A stretch of 41,376 bases of DNA from Pseudomonadota bacterium (GCA_024640785.1 JAHEEI010000003.1:1-41376); one strand, 5' to 3'; shown: positions 16,805 to 26,280, counted from the stretch's first letter. The notes: generated by a model not told the origin, from the sequence alone. Made by a program: numbers and translations.

Positions 16805-17716
16805 TTAAAAGTATTTATTTAGATTTATAAATGATAATGGATCAACTCTAGTATTATTTACCCTTATTCCCCAGTGAAGATGTGGGCCTGTAGATCTTCC
16901 GGTTGATCCAACAAGTCCTATTACATCTCCGGTATTTACTTCATCTCCCTTTTTTACAGTTATTTCAGAAAGGTGAAAATACATACTGATAATACCCAGC
17001 CCATGATCAATATAAACAGTATTGCCTGAAAAAAAATGATCCCCTGTAAATACAACAACACCCTTATTGATTGATTTAATCTTCTCATACTTTTTTGCCT
17101 TTATATCAATACCCGAATGGGAATTCCTGGGTTGTTTATTTATGAATCTTTTCACACCAAAAGGCGTGGATATTTTATTATCTATTGGTTTTATAAATTT
17201 TGAGTCAAAAAGTTTAGTCTTTTTACTGTTTGTAAAAAGCTCAGCCACTATTTTTTTTTCTTTATTGTAACGTTTGAGATTTTTGTCACTTAAATCAACT
17301 TTAGCTTTTGGTAGGCTAAGATGCTGAATTTGAAAATCCTTTTTTTGGATGTTTATTTTTTTAGTTATGTTTTTTTTATTGTTAAAAGATATTTGCACAT
17401 TTTTTTCTCCAGGTTCAGTCTCTTGGCCAATTCCGATAAATCCGATATAGGATTCGCTAGAGTTGTCATAATGTAATGGTATATTATTGTTGTCAAAAAT
17501 CAGAGAAACATCTGAAATACTTGGGGTGTCAGAGATTTTAATATAGCAGGCATCACCTTGAAGGATTTTATCCGGGAGTATTTCAATCCTCGGCAGCTTT
17601 TTTTCCGCAAAGCATATACTGTAATTAAATAACATAGCGCAGAAGCTAAGAACAAAGACTTTTATAAATGTTCTGTCAAATAGCCCAAAACTTATTTTAG
17701 CGAGATTATTTTTCAT
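16805..17716 (-). CDS. M23-family peptidoglycan metallopeptidase
   Basis: HSGID and GRSTGPHLHW motifs, N-terminal signal/TM segment. Confidence 0.95.
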   Translation of the reverse strand: MKNNLAKISFGLFDRTFIKVFVLSFCAMLFNYSICFAEKKLPRIEILPDKILQGDACYIKISDTPSISDVSLIFDNNNIPLHYDNSSESYIGFIGIGQETEPGEKNVQISFNNKKNITKKINIQKKDFQIQHLSLPKAKVDLSDKNLKRYNKEKKIVAELFTNSKKTKLFDSKFIKPIDNKISTPFGVKRFINKQPRNSHSGIDIKAKKYEKIKSINKGVVVFTGDHFFSGNTVYIDHGLGIISMYFHLSEITVKKGDEVNTGDVIGLVGSTGRSTGPHLHWGIRVNNTRVDPLSFINLNKYF

Positions 17717-17730
17717 TTAAATCCTTATAT

Positions 17731-18486
17731 TTATATAGAGATTTCCAATAAATCTTCAGCAGCAAATACCTTACCATTATAGCAATCTTTAACCGGTGTT
17801 AAGATGTCAGTAAATTCACACTGCGGATAAAAATGCGTCAGCAACAGCTTTTTTGCTGATGCTTTAGAAGCTATTTCTCCAGCCTCAGATGGCGTTAAAT
17901 GTCCTATTGTTTTTAAATTATCAGGGAATGAACATTCAAGGATTAAAAGATCACAGCCTTTTGCGAGCTCAATAATTTCATTGCAGTAATCAGTATCACC
18001 GGAGTAGACAACTGACCTGCCAATCATATCTGTTATTTTGACGGCAATGCTGTTATCCGTATGAACTACATTACAGGTTTTAATTAAGTATTTTTCAAAC
18101 CGGAAACTGCTTTCTCCGGATTCCAGCCAATTAATTATAAATTTGTCGGGAATTACTTGATTGCCATGAGTATTTATAAGGTTCTTGTAAAGTTTTATTA
18201 AGCCCAATGGGCCGATTATTTTAAGATCAGCAGTTCTCGGGTTTTCATAATCATATTTTGATGAAAATATAAACGGAAGCATGTCGGATATATGGTCTAT
18301 GTGAAAGTGGCTGTATATTATGGTATCTATTTGATTTAATTCTGTATTTGTTTTTTTGAGTTGACGAAGTGAACCCGGGCCAGTATCGAGGAGGATTTTT
18401 TCATTATCAATATTTACAAGAATCGAAGGTGATGATCTTTTAGTTGACGGTATTGACGTTCCTGATCCAAGAATGGTGATTTCCAT
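17731..18486 (-). CDS. MBL-fold metallo-hydrolase, RNase Z/AtsA-like
   Basis: LGSG, LLDTG, SHFHIDH, YSGDT, LEC, HLT, LTHFYP. Confidence 0.9.
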   Translation of the reverse strand: MEITILGSGTSIPSTKRSSPSILVNIDNEKILLDTGPGSLRQLKKTNTELNQIDTIIYSHFHIDHISDMLPFIFSSKYDYENPRTADLKIIGPLGLIKLYKNLINTHGNQVIPDKFIINWLESGESSFRFEKYLIKTCNVVHTDNSIAVKITDMIGRSVVYSGDTDYCNEIIELAKGCDLLILECSFPDNLKTIGHLTPSEAGEIASKASAKKLLLTHFYPQCEFTDILTPVKDCYNGKVFAAEDLLEISI

Positions 18487-18744
18487 GGCTGATAATTTAG
18501 TACCTAATATTTGATACTGTGTTGGTTTACTTTTTTAATGACCCGCCAGGTAATATTATCTCATAAGTTTGTAGAATGTATAATCTATTTCTGTTAATAA
18601 TTATAAAGAGATTTATGGAAAATTCCATAAAAGAAACTGTTTGTGAAAAATTTTCTGGCTTGTGATATTTTGAGGATATTTTACTTGACAATGTTTTGTT
18701 CATAATAGATATCATAGATATTAATAATAATGTATAGGTGTAAA

Positions 18745-19140
18745 ATGTATCCGGAAGATCTGCTATATACTAAATCAAACGTTTGGGTGAAAATTAACAG
18801 TAATGATACCGCCCGAATCGGGATAACGGATTTTTTACAGAAAAAGGTTGGCAAAGTACAGTTTGTTGATTTGCCAGATATTCATACTGAGCATGACCAG
18901 TTTGATCCATTTATTATAATTGAGTCCGATGACGTGATGAATGAGGTTTATGCTCCTTTAAGTGGTAAAGTAATAAGCGTAAATGATGAGATTGATGATG
19001 ACCCTGCTATAATTAACCATGAACCATATGATGATGGCTGGCTCGTTGAGATTGAGGTTTCACATGAGGATGAGATAAATAGCCTGATGGATTATGTTGA
19101 ATATGAGGAATTTATGGATGCGGGGGAATTTGATGATTGA
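18745..19140 (+). CDS. Glycine cleavage H-like protein lacking the lipoyl-lysine
   Basis: IGITDF, FVDLP, VYAPLSGKVISVN, INHEPYDDGWL match GcvH; ESVK is replaced by ESDD (alternative start 18730). Confidence 0.88.
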   Translation: MYPEDLLYTKSNVWVKINSNDTARIGITDFLQKKVGKVQFVDLPDIHTEHDQFDPFIIIESDDVMNEVYAPLSGKVISVNDEIDDDPAIINHEPYDDGWLVEIEVSHEDEINSLMDYVEYEEFMDAGEFDD

Positions 19141-19191
19141 CAGTTTATTCTTCTTTTTAATGCAGCACAGGCAGTTCTGTTTCCCTAAGGA

Positions 19192-19848
19192 TTAGAACCC
19201 TTTCCAAAAAATCATACTTTTTAATTTTTCCCTTGATGAACGAAAAGTGTTTACTGGTAAATTTTTATCCGGATATCCCAATGAAATAGAGAGGACTGTT
19301 TCAGTATTTACCTGAAGGTTAAGAGATGTCCTAATCGGTTCAGAGTAGATCAGGGTATAGGCGATCGCGCAGGTTGCAAGACCTCTGGCATGGGCGGATA
19401 ACATTATATTTTCAGCAGCCATACCGATATCCATTAGTTTGTTCTCAGGCAGAACGCAGTCTGTTGTGATGAATATCACTACCGGGGCATCATAAAACCG
19501 TAGACTACCGCTTTCGATAAATTGACGGTTTTTATCTCCCAGAGAGCTGATTACAGGTTTTAATTCTCTGAAAAGTTTTTTTCTCCGTTGCATGTATATT
19601 TCAGGAATCCTCTTATCCTTTGCAGAATTATAGGTTACTCTCTTTGTTTTGTGAAAAACCTCAATTTTAGCGCAAAGCTCGGATAGTGCGGTGCCGGTTA
19701 ATACATGGAAATTCCACGGCTGCATATTTGACGCAGAAGGTGCCATATGACCGTCTAATAGAATTTCTTGTATGATCTCTTTTGAAACTTTTTTGTCTGT
19801 AAAACCCCGAAATGTCTTCCTGGTTTTTATTCCTTCCAGTAGCTCCAT
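19192..19848 (-). CDS. Nitroreductase-family flavoprotein
   Basis: RKTFRGF, APSASNMQPW, FYDAPV, DIGMAAENIMLSAHARGLATC, LGYP. Confidence 0.93.
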   Translation of the reverse strand: MELLEGIKTRKTFRGFTDKKVSKEIIQEILLDGHMAPSASNMQPWNFHVLTGTALSELCAKIEVFHKTKRVTYNSAKDKRIPEIYMQRRKKLFRELKPVISSLGDKNRQFIESGSLRFYDAPVVIFITTDCVLPENKLMDIGMAAENIMLSAHARGLATCAIAYTLIYSEPIRTSLNLQVNTETVLSISLGYPDKNLPVNTFRSSREKLKSMIFWKGF

Positions 19849-20129
19849 TAGGAATCCTTTTTTTCTTCAGCTAAAGCCTCAACCAGTTTGGTGTAACAGT
19901 CCTCAACTTCTAGAAGTCTTTTTTCAGTATTGTTTATGTAGACTCCGATTTCACAGATTTCATCACGCAGTTTATCAAAATCTTGATTTTCATTGTCAAT
20001 GGAACTAGATATGTCCTTAATGTGGTTAGTAAGGATATTTGATGCTGCCATGAAAAAGTCACAGTCTTCATATTCACTTTTTAAGATGCCCAGAATTTTT
20101 GTTTTTAGTTTTTTGCTGATTTTTGCCAT
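19848..20129 (-). CDS. Hypothetical coiled-coil protein (93 aa)
   Basis: Stop overlaps the nitroreductase ATG (TAATG coupling); heptad-like C-terminus. Confidence 0.7.
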   Translation of the reverse strand: MAKISKKLKTKILGILKSEYEDCDFFMAASNILTNHIKDISSSIDNENQDFDKLRDEICEIGVYINNTEKRLLEVEDCYTKLVEALAEEKKDS

Positions 20130-20240
20130 TTAAATGAACATTTCTATTGTAAAAAATTTAAAAATCTTGAATAATTTTGCTTTATAAAATATAACTTTTA
20201 AATGCATATTTCAAGAAATATATATCCAAAGAAGATTTAA

Positions 20241-20390
20241 ATGTCCGGTTTGAAAAGCAGTTATGAGTTTGCACTGGAATAAATGAAAGAGATGGAAGTA
20301 GATGGAGTTATAGAGCTTACTGAAGAAGGTATGCAGAGAATTTTAAATTTAAAATTAACAAGTATTATAACAATTTTAAAAAGTTACTAA
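20241..20390 (+). pseudogene. Remnant of a small conserved hypothetical gene
   Basis: MSGLKSSYEFALE*MKEMEVDGVIELTEEGMQRI...; TAA at 20280-20282; resembles the KSAYELAMER..LTEEQK.KI type N-terminus (recalled). Confidence 0.5.
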
Positions 20391-20399
20391 GGGATAACT

Positions 20400-21659
20400 G
20401 TGGATTGTATTGTAATAAATGGTGGAAAGTCATTAAAAGGTGAGGTTAGTGTTAGTGGTTCAAAAAATGCAGCACTCCCAATCATTGTAGCAACTCTTCT
20501 GGCGAATGGTAATCATAAAATATCAGGTGTTCCGAATTTAAGGGATATTAATACATTAGCAAAACTACTGACACATCTGGGTGCTGAAATTCAATTTAAT
20601 GAGAATATGGAGGTCAATACTCATAATATAAATGTTTTTGATGCACCGTATGAACTTGTCAGAACCATGAGAGCCTCTTTTCTGGTTATTGGTCCTTTAG
20701 TTGCCAGGTTTGGTAAAGCAAGGGTTTCCCTGCCAGGCGGCTGCGCTATTGGTGTCAGGCCTGTTGATATTCATATTAAGAGTCTCGAGGCTATGGGTGT
20801 TAATATAGATATCGAACAGGGATATGTTACAGCTAGTTGTGATGAGTTAAAAGGGGCTCATATTTATCTTGATATGCCCACAGTTGGAGGGACTGAAAAC
20901 ATTATTATGACAGCATGTCTTGCCAAAGGTACGACTGTGATTGAAAATGCTGCAAGAGAACCAGAAATCATTGATCTTGTGGGTGCCTTAAGGACGATGG
21001 GTGCACAGATAACAGGTGAGGGTACGGGCACAATTAAAATTGAAGGTGTTTTAAAACTTAATCCGCTTAACTATGCTGTAATCCCTGATAGAATAGAAGC
21101 AGGCACCTTCATGGTTGCGGCCGGTATTACCGGGGGAGATATTTTTATTAATAATTGTCCTATTAAATATATGGGGGCAACGATTGACAAATTAAGAGAA
21201 ACGGGGATAGTGATTGAAGAAGAAAACGGCTTAGTCCATGTATTGTCCAGCGGCAAAATAAATTGTGTTGAGGTAACAACTAAGCCTTATCCGGGCTTTC
21301 CAACGGATATGCAGGCTCAGATGATGGCACTGCTTTCATTGGCTGATGGTACATCAATAATCAGGGAGACAATTTTTGAAAACCGATTTATTCATGTTGC
21401 GGAACTTGACAGGCTGGGAGCCAGTATTAAAGTTGAACATGATACAGCAATCATTGGGGGTGTCAAAAAACTAAAAGGCGCAACTGTGATGGCAACTGAT
21501 TTAAGAGCAAGTGCTTCTCTGATACTCTCAGGTCTGGTTGCGGAAGGTAAAACCACTGTGCTAAGAGTTTATCACCTTGACCGCGGTTATGACTGTCTTG
21601 AAGAGAAGTTAAAGCTTCTGGGTGCTGATATTTACCGTACAAGTGAAAACAATCTTTAA
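20400..21659 (+). CDS. murA: UDP-N-acetylglucosamine 1-carboxyvinyltransferase
   Basis: GSKNAALP, MRAS, LPGGCAIGVRP (active-site Cys), PGFPTDMQAQ, ATDLRASA, HLDRGY; GTG start. Confidence 0.99.
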   Translation: MDCIVINGGKSLKGEVSVSGSKNAALPIIVATLLANGNHKISGVPNLRDINTLAKLLTHLGAEIQFNENMEVNTHNINVFDAPYELVRTMRASFLVIGPLVARFGKARVSLPGGCAIGVRPVDIHIKSLEAMGVNIDIEQGYVTASCDELKGAHIYLDMPTVGGTENIIMTACLAKGTTVIENAAREPEIIDLVGALRTMGAQITGEGTGTIKIEGVLKLNPLNYAVIPDRIEAGTFMVAAGITGGDIFINNCPIKYMGATIDKLRETGIVIEEENGLVHVLSSGKINCVEVTTKPYPGFPTDMQAQMMALLSLADGTSIIRETIFENRFIHVAELDRLGASIKVEHDTAIIGGVKKLKGATVMATDLRASASLILSGLVAEGKTTVLRVYHLDRGYDCLEEKLKLLGADIYRTSENNL

Positions 21660-21678
21660 TTGAAAAATTCAGGGTATT

Positions 21679-22953
21679 ATGGTTATTTTAAATGCATCGG
21701 ATAATAAGTTTAATGAATTAATTCAAAAAATATTCAAAAGGTCTGAAAATGTCCCCAAAGATGTTGATGAGACAGTATATAAGATTATCAATGATATTAA
21801 GTCAAAGGGTGATTCTGCATTAGTCAAATATACCAGGAAATTTGATGGACACGATGATATTTTGATAACAGAAGATGAGTTGAAAAATGCCAAATCAAAG
21901 GTTGCTTCCAGGATATATCTTGCGCTTGAAACAGCTTTTAATCGAATCAAGTTCTTTCATGAAAAACAAATTTGTAATTCATGGGAATTTGAACAAAAAG
22001 GTGAAGTTCTGGGACAGATCATACGTCCCCTTGAGAGAATCGGTATTTATGTACCCGGAGGTAAGGCGGTTTATCCTTCCTCTGTACTTATGAATGCTGT
22101 TCCTGCTATTGTAGCTGGTGTTGATGAAATAATTATGGTTACCCCTGATAATGGGAATGGAGTAGATCCTGTGATTCTTGCTGCAGCTGATATGTGCGGA
22201 ATAAAAAAAGCGTTTAAAATTGGTGGTGCTCAGGCTGTTGCAGCTCTTGCTTACGGCACAGAAACTGTAACTTCTGTGGATAAGATAGTGGGTCCTGGTA
22301 ATATTTATGTTGCAATGGCCAAGAAACATGTGTTTGGTAAAGTGGATATTGATATGATTGCCGGTCCGAGTGAAATTCTTATTATTTCAGATGGAACCGG
22401 ATCAGCTGAATGTGTGGCAGCTGATATGCTCTCTCAGGCTGAACATGATGAAATGGCATCATCAATCTTGATTTCAACAGACGAGAATTTTGCCATGGAT
22501 GTTGAGGCGCAGATTTACGATCAGCTTGAGGTGCTCCCTAAAAAGGATATTGCGATCAAGTCAATTGAAAATTACGGCGCAATTATTATCGTAGATGATT
22601 TGTCCGCTGCATCAGAAATATCAAATAACTTTGCGCCAGAACACCTTGAACTCTATGTCGATAAACCCTGGGAACTTCTTAAAATGATTAAGAATGCGGG
22701 TGCCGTCTTTCTTGGGCACTATACGCCTGAAGCTTTGGGTGATTATATCGCCGGACCGAACCATGTTCTCCCCACAGGCGGAACGGCAAGATTTTTTTCA
22801 CCATTGTCTGTGGATGATTTTGTTAAGAAGACAAGTCTACTATTCTTTAGTGAAGATGCTTTGAAAAACTGTGCGGAGGATGTGATAACGCTTGCCAGTT
22901 CAGAAAACCTTGAAGCGCATTCAAGGTCTGTTAAAAAAAGGCTGAAAAAATAA
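21679..22953 (+). CDS. hisD: Histidinol dehydrogenase
   Basis: GIYVPGG, GGAQAVAALAYG, DMIAGPSE, QAEHD, APEHLEL, GPNHVLPT. Confidence 0.97.
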   Translation: MVILNASDNKFNELIQKIFKRSENVPKDVDETVYKIINDIKSKGDSALVKYTRKFDGHDDILITEDELKNAKSKVASRIYLALETAFNRIKFFHEKQICNSWEFEQKGEVLGQIIRPLERIGIYVPGGKAVYPSSVLMNAVPAIVAGVDEIIMVTPDNGNGVDPVILAAADMCGIKKAFKIGGAQAVAALAYGTETVTSVDKIVGPGNIYVAMAKKHVFGKVDIDMIAGPSEILIISDGTGSAECVAADMLSQAEHDEMASSILISTDENFAMDVEAQIYDQLEVLPKKDIAIKSIENYGAIIIVDDLSAASEISNNFAPEHLELYVDKPWELLKMIKNAGAVFLGHYTPEALGDYIAGPNHVLPTGGTARFFSPLSVDDFVKKTSLLFFSEDALKNCAEDVITLASSENLEAHSRSVKKRLKK

Positions 22954-23021
22954 TTCTTTTTTATCTGCACGTGCCTCAAAATTACTTTATCAAAGAGCTC
23001 CTATTTATTTAATTATTACCT

Positions 23022-24446
23022 GTGAAAAATCTTAAAAACAATAGAATTATTGATGCTGTTATAAAAACAGTCAAGCAAACAAGAATTTCTGTTTTTCTTG
23101 TTGGTGGAGCTGTTCGGGATTTTATCCGAAACGATTTTAATAATAATGATCTAGATTTTATTGTTTCGGCGAGCTTAGATCTTTTTGTTGAGGGATTTTC
23201 AAAAAAATTTAAAGGTAAAATTATTGTTTGGAATGAAAATGATAGACGTGTTGTGTTTCGAATGAATGGGGAAAATATACATGTTGATTTTGCACTGTGT
23301 AAAGGTGAAACAATTTATGATGATCTTAAATTCAGAGATATAACGATAAATGCCATGGCAATTGATGTAAATTTTGTTGGTGAAAATTTTCTGGATTATT
23401 TGATTGATCCTTTAAATGGCCTTAGGGATATTTATGGTAAAAAGATTAGAGTTTGCAGCGATAGAGCCTTTATAAATGATCCAGTAAGAGTTCTTCGTGT
23501 TTTACGTTTTTCAGGAAGATTCGGTTATACTATTGATGAGACAACCATTAATTTAATGAAGGATTCTTCTTTTTTAATAACTATGGTTGCTGTAGAACGG
23601 GTGAAAAAAGAGTTTTTTTCTGTTTTAAATTATAAAAATCAGATGTTTTCCATTGAAAAGATGATTGAGATTGGCCTTTTAAAAATTTTATTACCGGAAA
23701 TAATTGAATTTAAAAAAATTAAACAGGGATTTCAACATCAATATGATCTTTTCAATCATTCGATTCAAACTGTAGATAAGCTTAAAAAAGCCGAAGATGA
23801 ACTGATTAAACAATTTGGAGGTAAGGCTGATTTGTTTAAGCCAAATTTAGATGAACTGATTGAAGAGTGTGTAAACAGGAGATCTTTACTGGTTTTTTCG
23901 GCACTGCTTCATGACAGTGGTAAAACACAAACAGTGCAAATTAAGGATAACCGTATAACTTTTAATGGTCATGAAAAAGAAGGAAGGGAGATTAACCTTA
24001 TATTTTCAAAAAGAATCGGTCTGGGTAAAAATGCTCAGAAAATTGTTTCGGCTATTACCTTGAACCATATGCGGATACTTTCTCTTTCTTTACTTGAAGA
24101 TCTGACTTTAAGGTCAGTAAAAAGATTTATTTTTGATTTGAAAGATATTTTAAATGAGGTTCTTATTCTGTCAGTTGCCGATGCAATGGCAACTGGGGGC
24201 AATGCTGATTTAAATAATATTTTTAGGGTAATAGCAGAGGTTTTAAAAGTTTATAAATCCTTGCATAATGTTACTGAAATTGATCCGTTACTTAATGGAA
24301 ATGAAATCATGGGTTTAACGGGTTTTAATAACACTCCTCAGATTGGTGTTATCCTTAATGAATTAAGATTGCTTGAATGTTCGGGCCAGGTTGAAACAAG
24401 AGAAGATGCGGTAAAATGGCTGAAAAGAAGAGTAAATATAAATTAA
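23022..24446 (+). CDS. Class II tRNA nucleotidyltransferase with HD domain (probably CC-adding)
   Basis: VGGAVRD..DLDF, RDITINAMA, DPVRVLRVLRF, ERVKKE, LLHDSGK. Confidence 0.88.
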   Translation: MKNLKNNRIIDAVIKTVKQTRISVFLVGGAVRDFIRNDFNNNDLDFIVSASLDLFVEGFSKKFKGKIIVWNENDRRVVFRMNGENIHVDFALCKGETIYDDLKFRDITINAMAIDVNFVGENFLDYLIDPLNGLRDIYGKKIRVCSDRAFINDPVRVLRVLRFSGRFGYTIDETTINLMKDSSFLITMVAVERVKKEFFSVLNYKNQMFSIEKMIEIGLLKILLPEIIEFKKIKQGFQHQYDLFNHSIQTVDKLKKAEDELIKQFGGKADLFKPNLDELIEECVNRRSLLVFSALLHDSGKTQTVQIKDNRITFNGHEKEGREINLIFSKRIGLGKNAQKIVSAITLNHMRILSLSLLEDLTLRSVKRFIFDLKDILNEVLILSVADAMATGGNADLNNIFRVIAEVLKVYKSLHNVTEIDPLLNGNEIMGLTGFNNTPQIGVILNELRLLECSGQVETREDAVKWLKRRVNIN

Positions 24447-26008
24447 AAATAATAAATCTTTGCTGTCCTGTTGAAGAAAGCATGGATTTACATGCTGTGC
24501 TTGTTTCATGTTTTGGGCTAAATAAGGAGGATATAGTTGATTTAACTATATTGAGGCGTTCCACTGATGCAAGGAAAAACAGCCTTTTTTTTGTTTATAC
24601 CTTGGTAATTAATGTTTTTATAACAAAGTCTGATGCTGATGAGTTGCTTGAGAATAAAAACATTGAAAAATTATTTGAAAGAAGTAAAAGGTTAATTAAT
24701 AAAATTGCAAGACTCAAAAATCGTCCTATTGTAATCGGATGTGGCCCTGCGGGGATTTTTGCAGCAATAACCTTAGTTGAAAGAGGTGTTGCTCCGATTG
24801 TTGTCGAAAGAGGTGAACGTGTAATTGACCGGGTGAAATCCGTTGATAAATTTATGAACTTTGGTGAGTTAAATCCTGAGTCGAATATGTTTTACGGGGA
24901 AGGCGGTGCAGGTACTTTTTCTGATGGAAAATTGACTACCCGGATGAAATCCGTTTTAAAAGACCGCGTATTGCGAGAGTTTATAGATGCTGGTGCTGAA
25001 AAAGATATTGCTTACATTAGCAGGCCACATTTAGGTACGGATTCTTTAAGGAAAATAATTCCTAATATTGTTGAAAAACTCGTCTTAAAAGGTGTTGATT
25101 TTTTATTTAATACAAATGTTCAGAACATAATTATCGAACAGGGGAGAGTTAAAGGAGTTGTTGCGGATAATGGCTTAATAAAAACGGAAAACATTTTTCT
25201 TGCTACCGGGCACAGTTCTGTTGAAATTTATGATTTATTAAATAATAAAGGTGTTCTACTTGAACCAAAAGGTTTTGCCGTTGGGTTTAGAATTGAGCAT
25301 CCAAGAGAATTTATTGATTCCCGTCAACACGGTAAATTTTCCGGAAATAAATTTCTGGGGGCTGCTGAGTATTATTTAGCATATAAGGATAAAAAGACCG
25401 GGAAAGGGGTGTATTCATTCTGCATGTGTCCGGGTGGATATGTTGTAGGCTGTTCATCTCTAAATGATGCATTATGTACAAACGGGATGAGTAAATTTGC
25501 CCGGGATAGTGACTTTTCAAATGCCGCCATAGTTGTTTCAATTTCACCCGATGATCTTGAAGGTGATGAACCCTTAAAAGGTTTTAGTTTTATACATAAA
25601 CTGGAAAAATATGCTTATGAACTTGGGGGTTATAATTTCTGTGTTCCGGTACAAAATGCTGTTGATTTTATTAATTCAAATGTAACTGAAAATTTAATCC
25701 GAGAGACCTCATATCGTCCAGGAGTTAAATGTTCTGATTTGAATTATTTTTTTGATGATAGAATTGCCAGTATCTTAAAAAGAGGGCTTAAAGACTTTAA
25801 TAATAAGATTCTTGGTTTTATTGATGAAGGAATATTATTTGGTGTTGAGACAAGAACATCATCGCCAGTCCGAATCGTCCGGGATAAAATACATTGTAAT
25901 GCCTTGGGAATTGAAGGGCTTTTTCCGGTGGGTGAAGGTTCAGGTTATGCCGGCGGCATTATGAGTTGTGCTGTGGATGGAATTAAGGCCGCTGAGGTAT
26001 TTTGTTAA
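24416..26008 (+). CDS. FAD-dependent oxidoreductase (COG2509-like)
   Basis: VIGCGPAGIFAA Rossmann motif, GEGGAGTFSDGKL, FCMCPGG, ETRTSSPVRI, GEGSGYAGGIMS. Confidence 0.92.
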   Translation: MAEKKSKYKLKIINLCCPVEESMDLHAVLVSCFGLNKEDIVDLTILRRSTDARKNSLFFVYTLVINVFITKSDADELLENKNIEKLFERSKRLINKIARLKNRPIVIGCGPAGIFAAITLVERGVAPIVVERGERVIDRVKSVDKFMNFGELNPESNMFYGEGGAGTFSDGKLTTRMKSVLKDRVLREFIDAGAEKDIAYISRPHLGTDSLRKIIPNIVEKLVLKGVDFLFNTNVQNIIIEQGRVKGVVADNGLIKTENIFLATGHSSVEIYDLLNNKGVLLEPKGFAVGFRIEHPREFIDSRQHGKFSGNKFLGAAEYYLAYKDKKTGKGVYSFCMCPGGYVVGCSSLNDALCTNGMSKFARDSDFSNAAIVVSISPDDLEGDEPLKGFSFIHKLEKYAYELGGYNFCVPVQNAVDFINSNVTENLIRETSYRPGVKCSDLNYFFDDRIASILKRGLKDFNNKILGFIDEGILFGVETRTSSPVRIVRDKIHCNALGIEGLFPVGEGSGYAGGIMSCAVDGIKAAEVFC

Positions 26009-26025
26009 TCTGGAGTCAGATGAAC

Positions 26026-26217
26026 TTACTTTGAAGATTGACTTATGAAATGTTCAATTGAGCGGTCATATTTTGCTTCTGCTGCTGCGCTGAAGAGGCA
26101 GCCTGGAAGTTCATTTCTTGTTTTGTGATATGCAACACACTCACAGCATTTACCTTTTTTTTCACAGGCATATGTACAGGTGCAGTTCTTAGTGTTTTTG
26201 TCAATATCACATTCCAT
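26026..26217 (-). CDS. Small Cys-rich protein, DUF6485-like
   Basis: AAGGAG RBS; CTCTYACEKKGKCCECVAYH..ELPGC.F...YDRS pattern. Confidence 0.85.
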   Translation of the reverse strand: MECDIDKNTKNCTCTYACEKKGKCCECVAYHKTRNELPGCLFSAAAEAKYDRSIEHFISQSSK

Positions 26218-26254
26218 TTAAGCTCTCCTTTGATTCTATTTTATATTATCAGAT

Positions 26255-26280
26255 AAAAAAGGAAGGACATTTGTCCTTCC
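26255..26280 (-). terminator. Intrinsic terminator of rplM-rpsI
   Basis: Minus strand GGAAGGAC-AAAT-GTCCTTCC followed by TTTTTT. Confidence 0.88.

Noticed and set aside
18527-18715. 62-aa minus-strand ORF between the MBL hydrolase and the gcvH-like gene
   Set aside because: Lies in a divergent AT-rich promoter region with no RBS or recognisable motif
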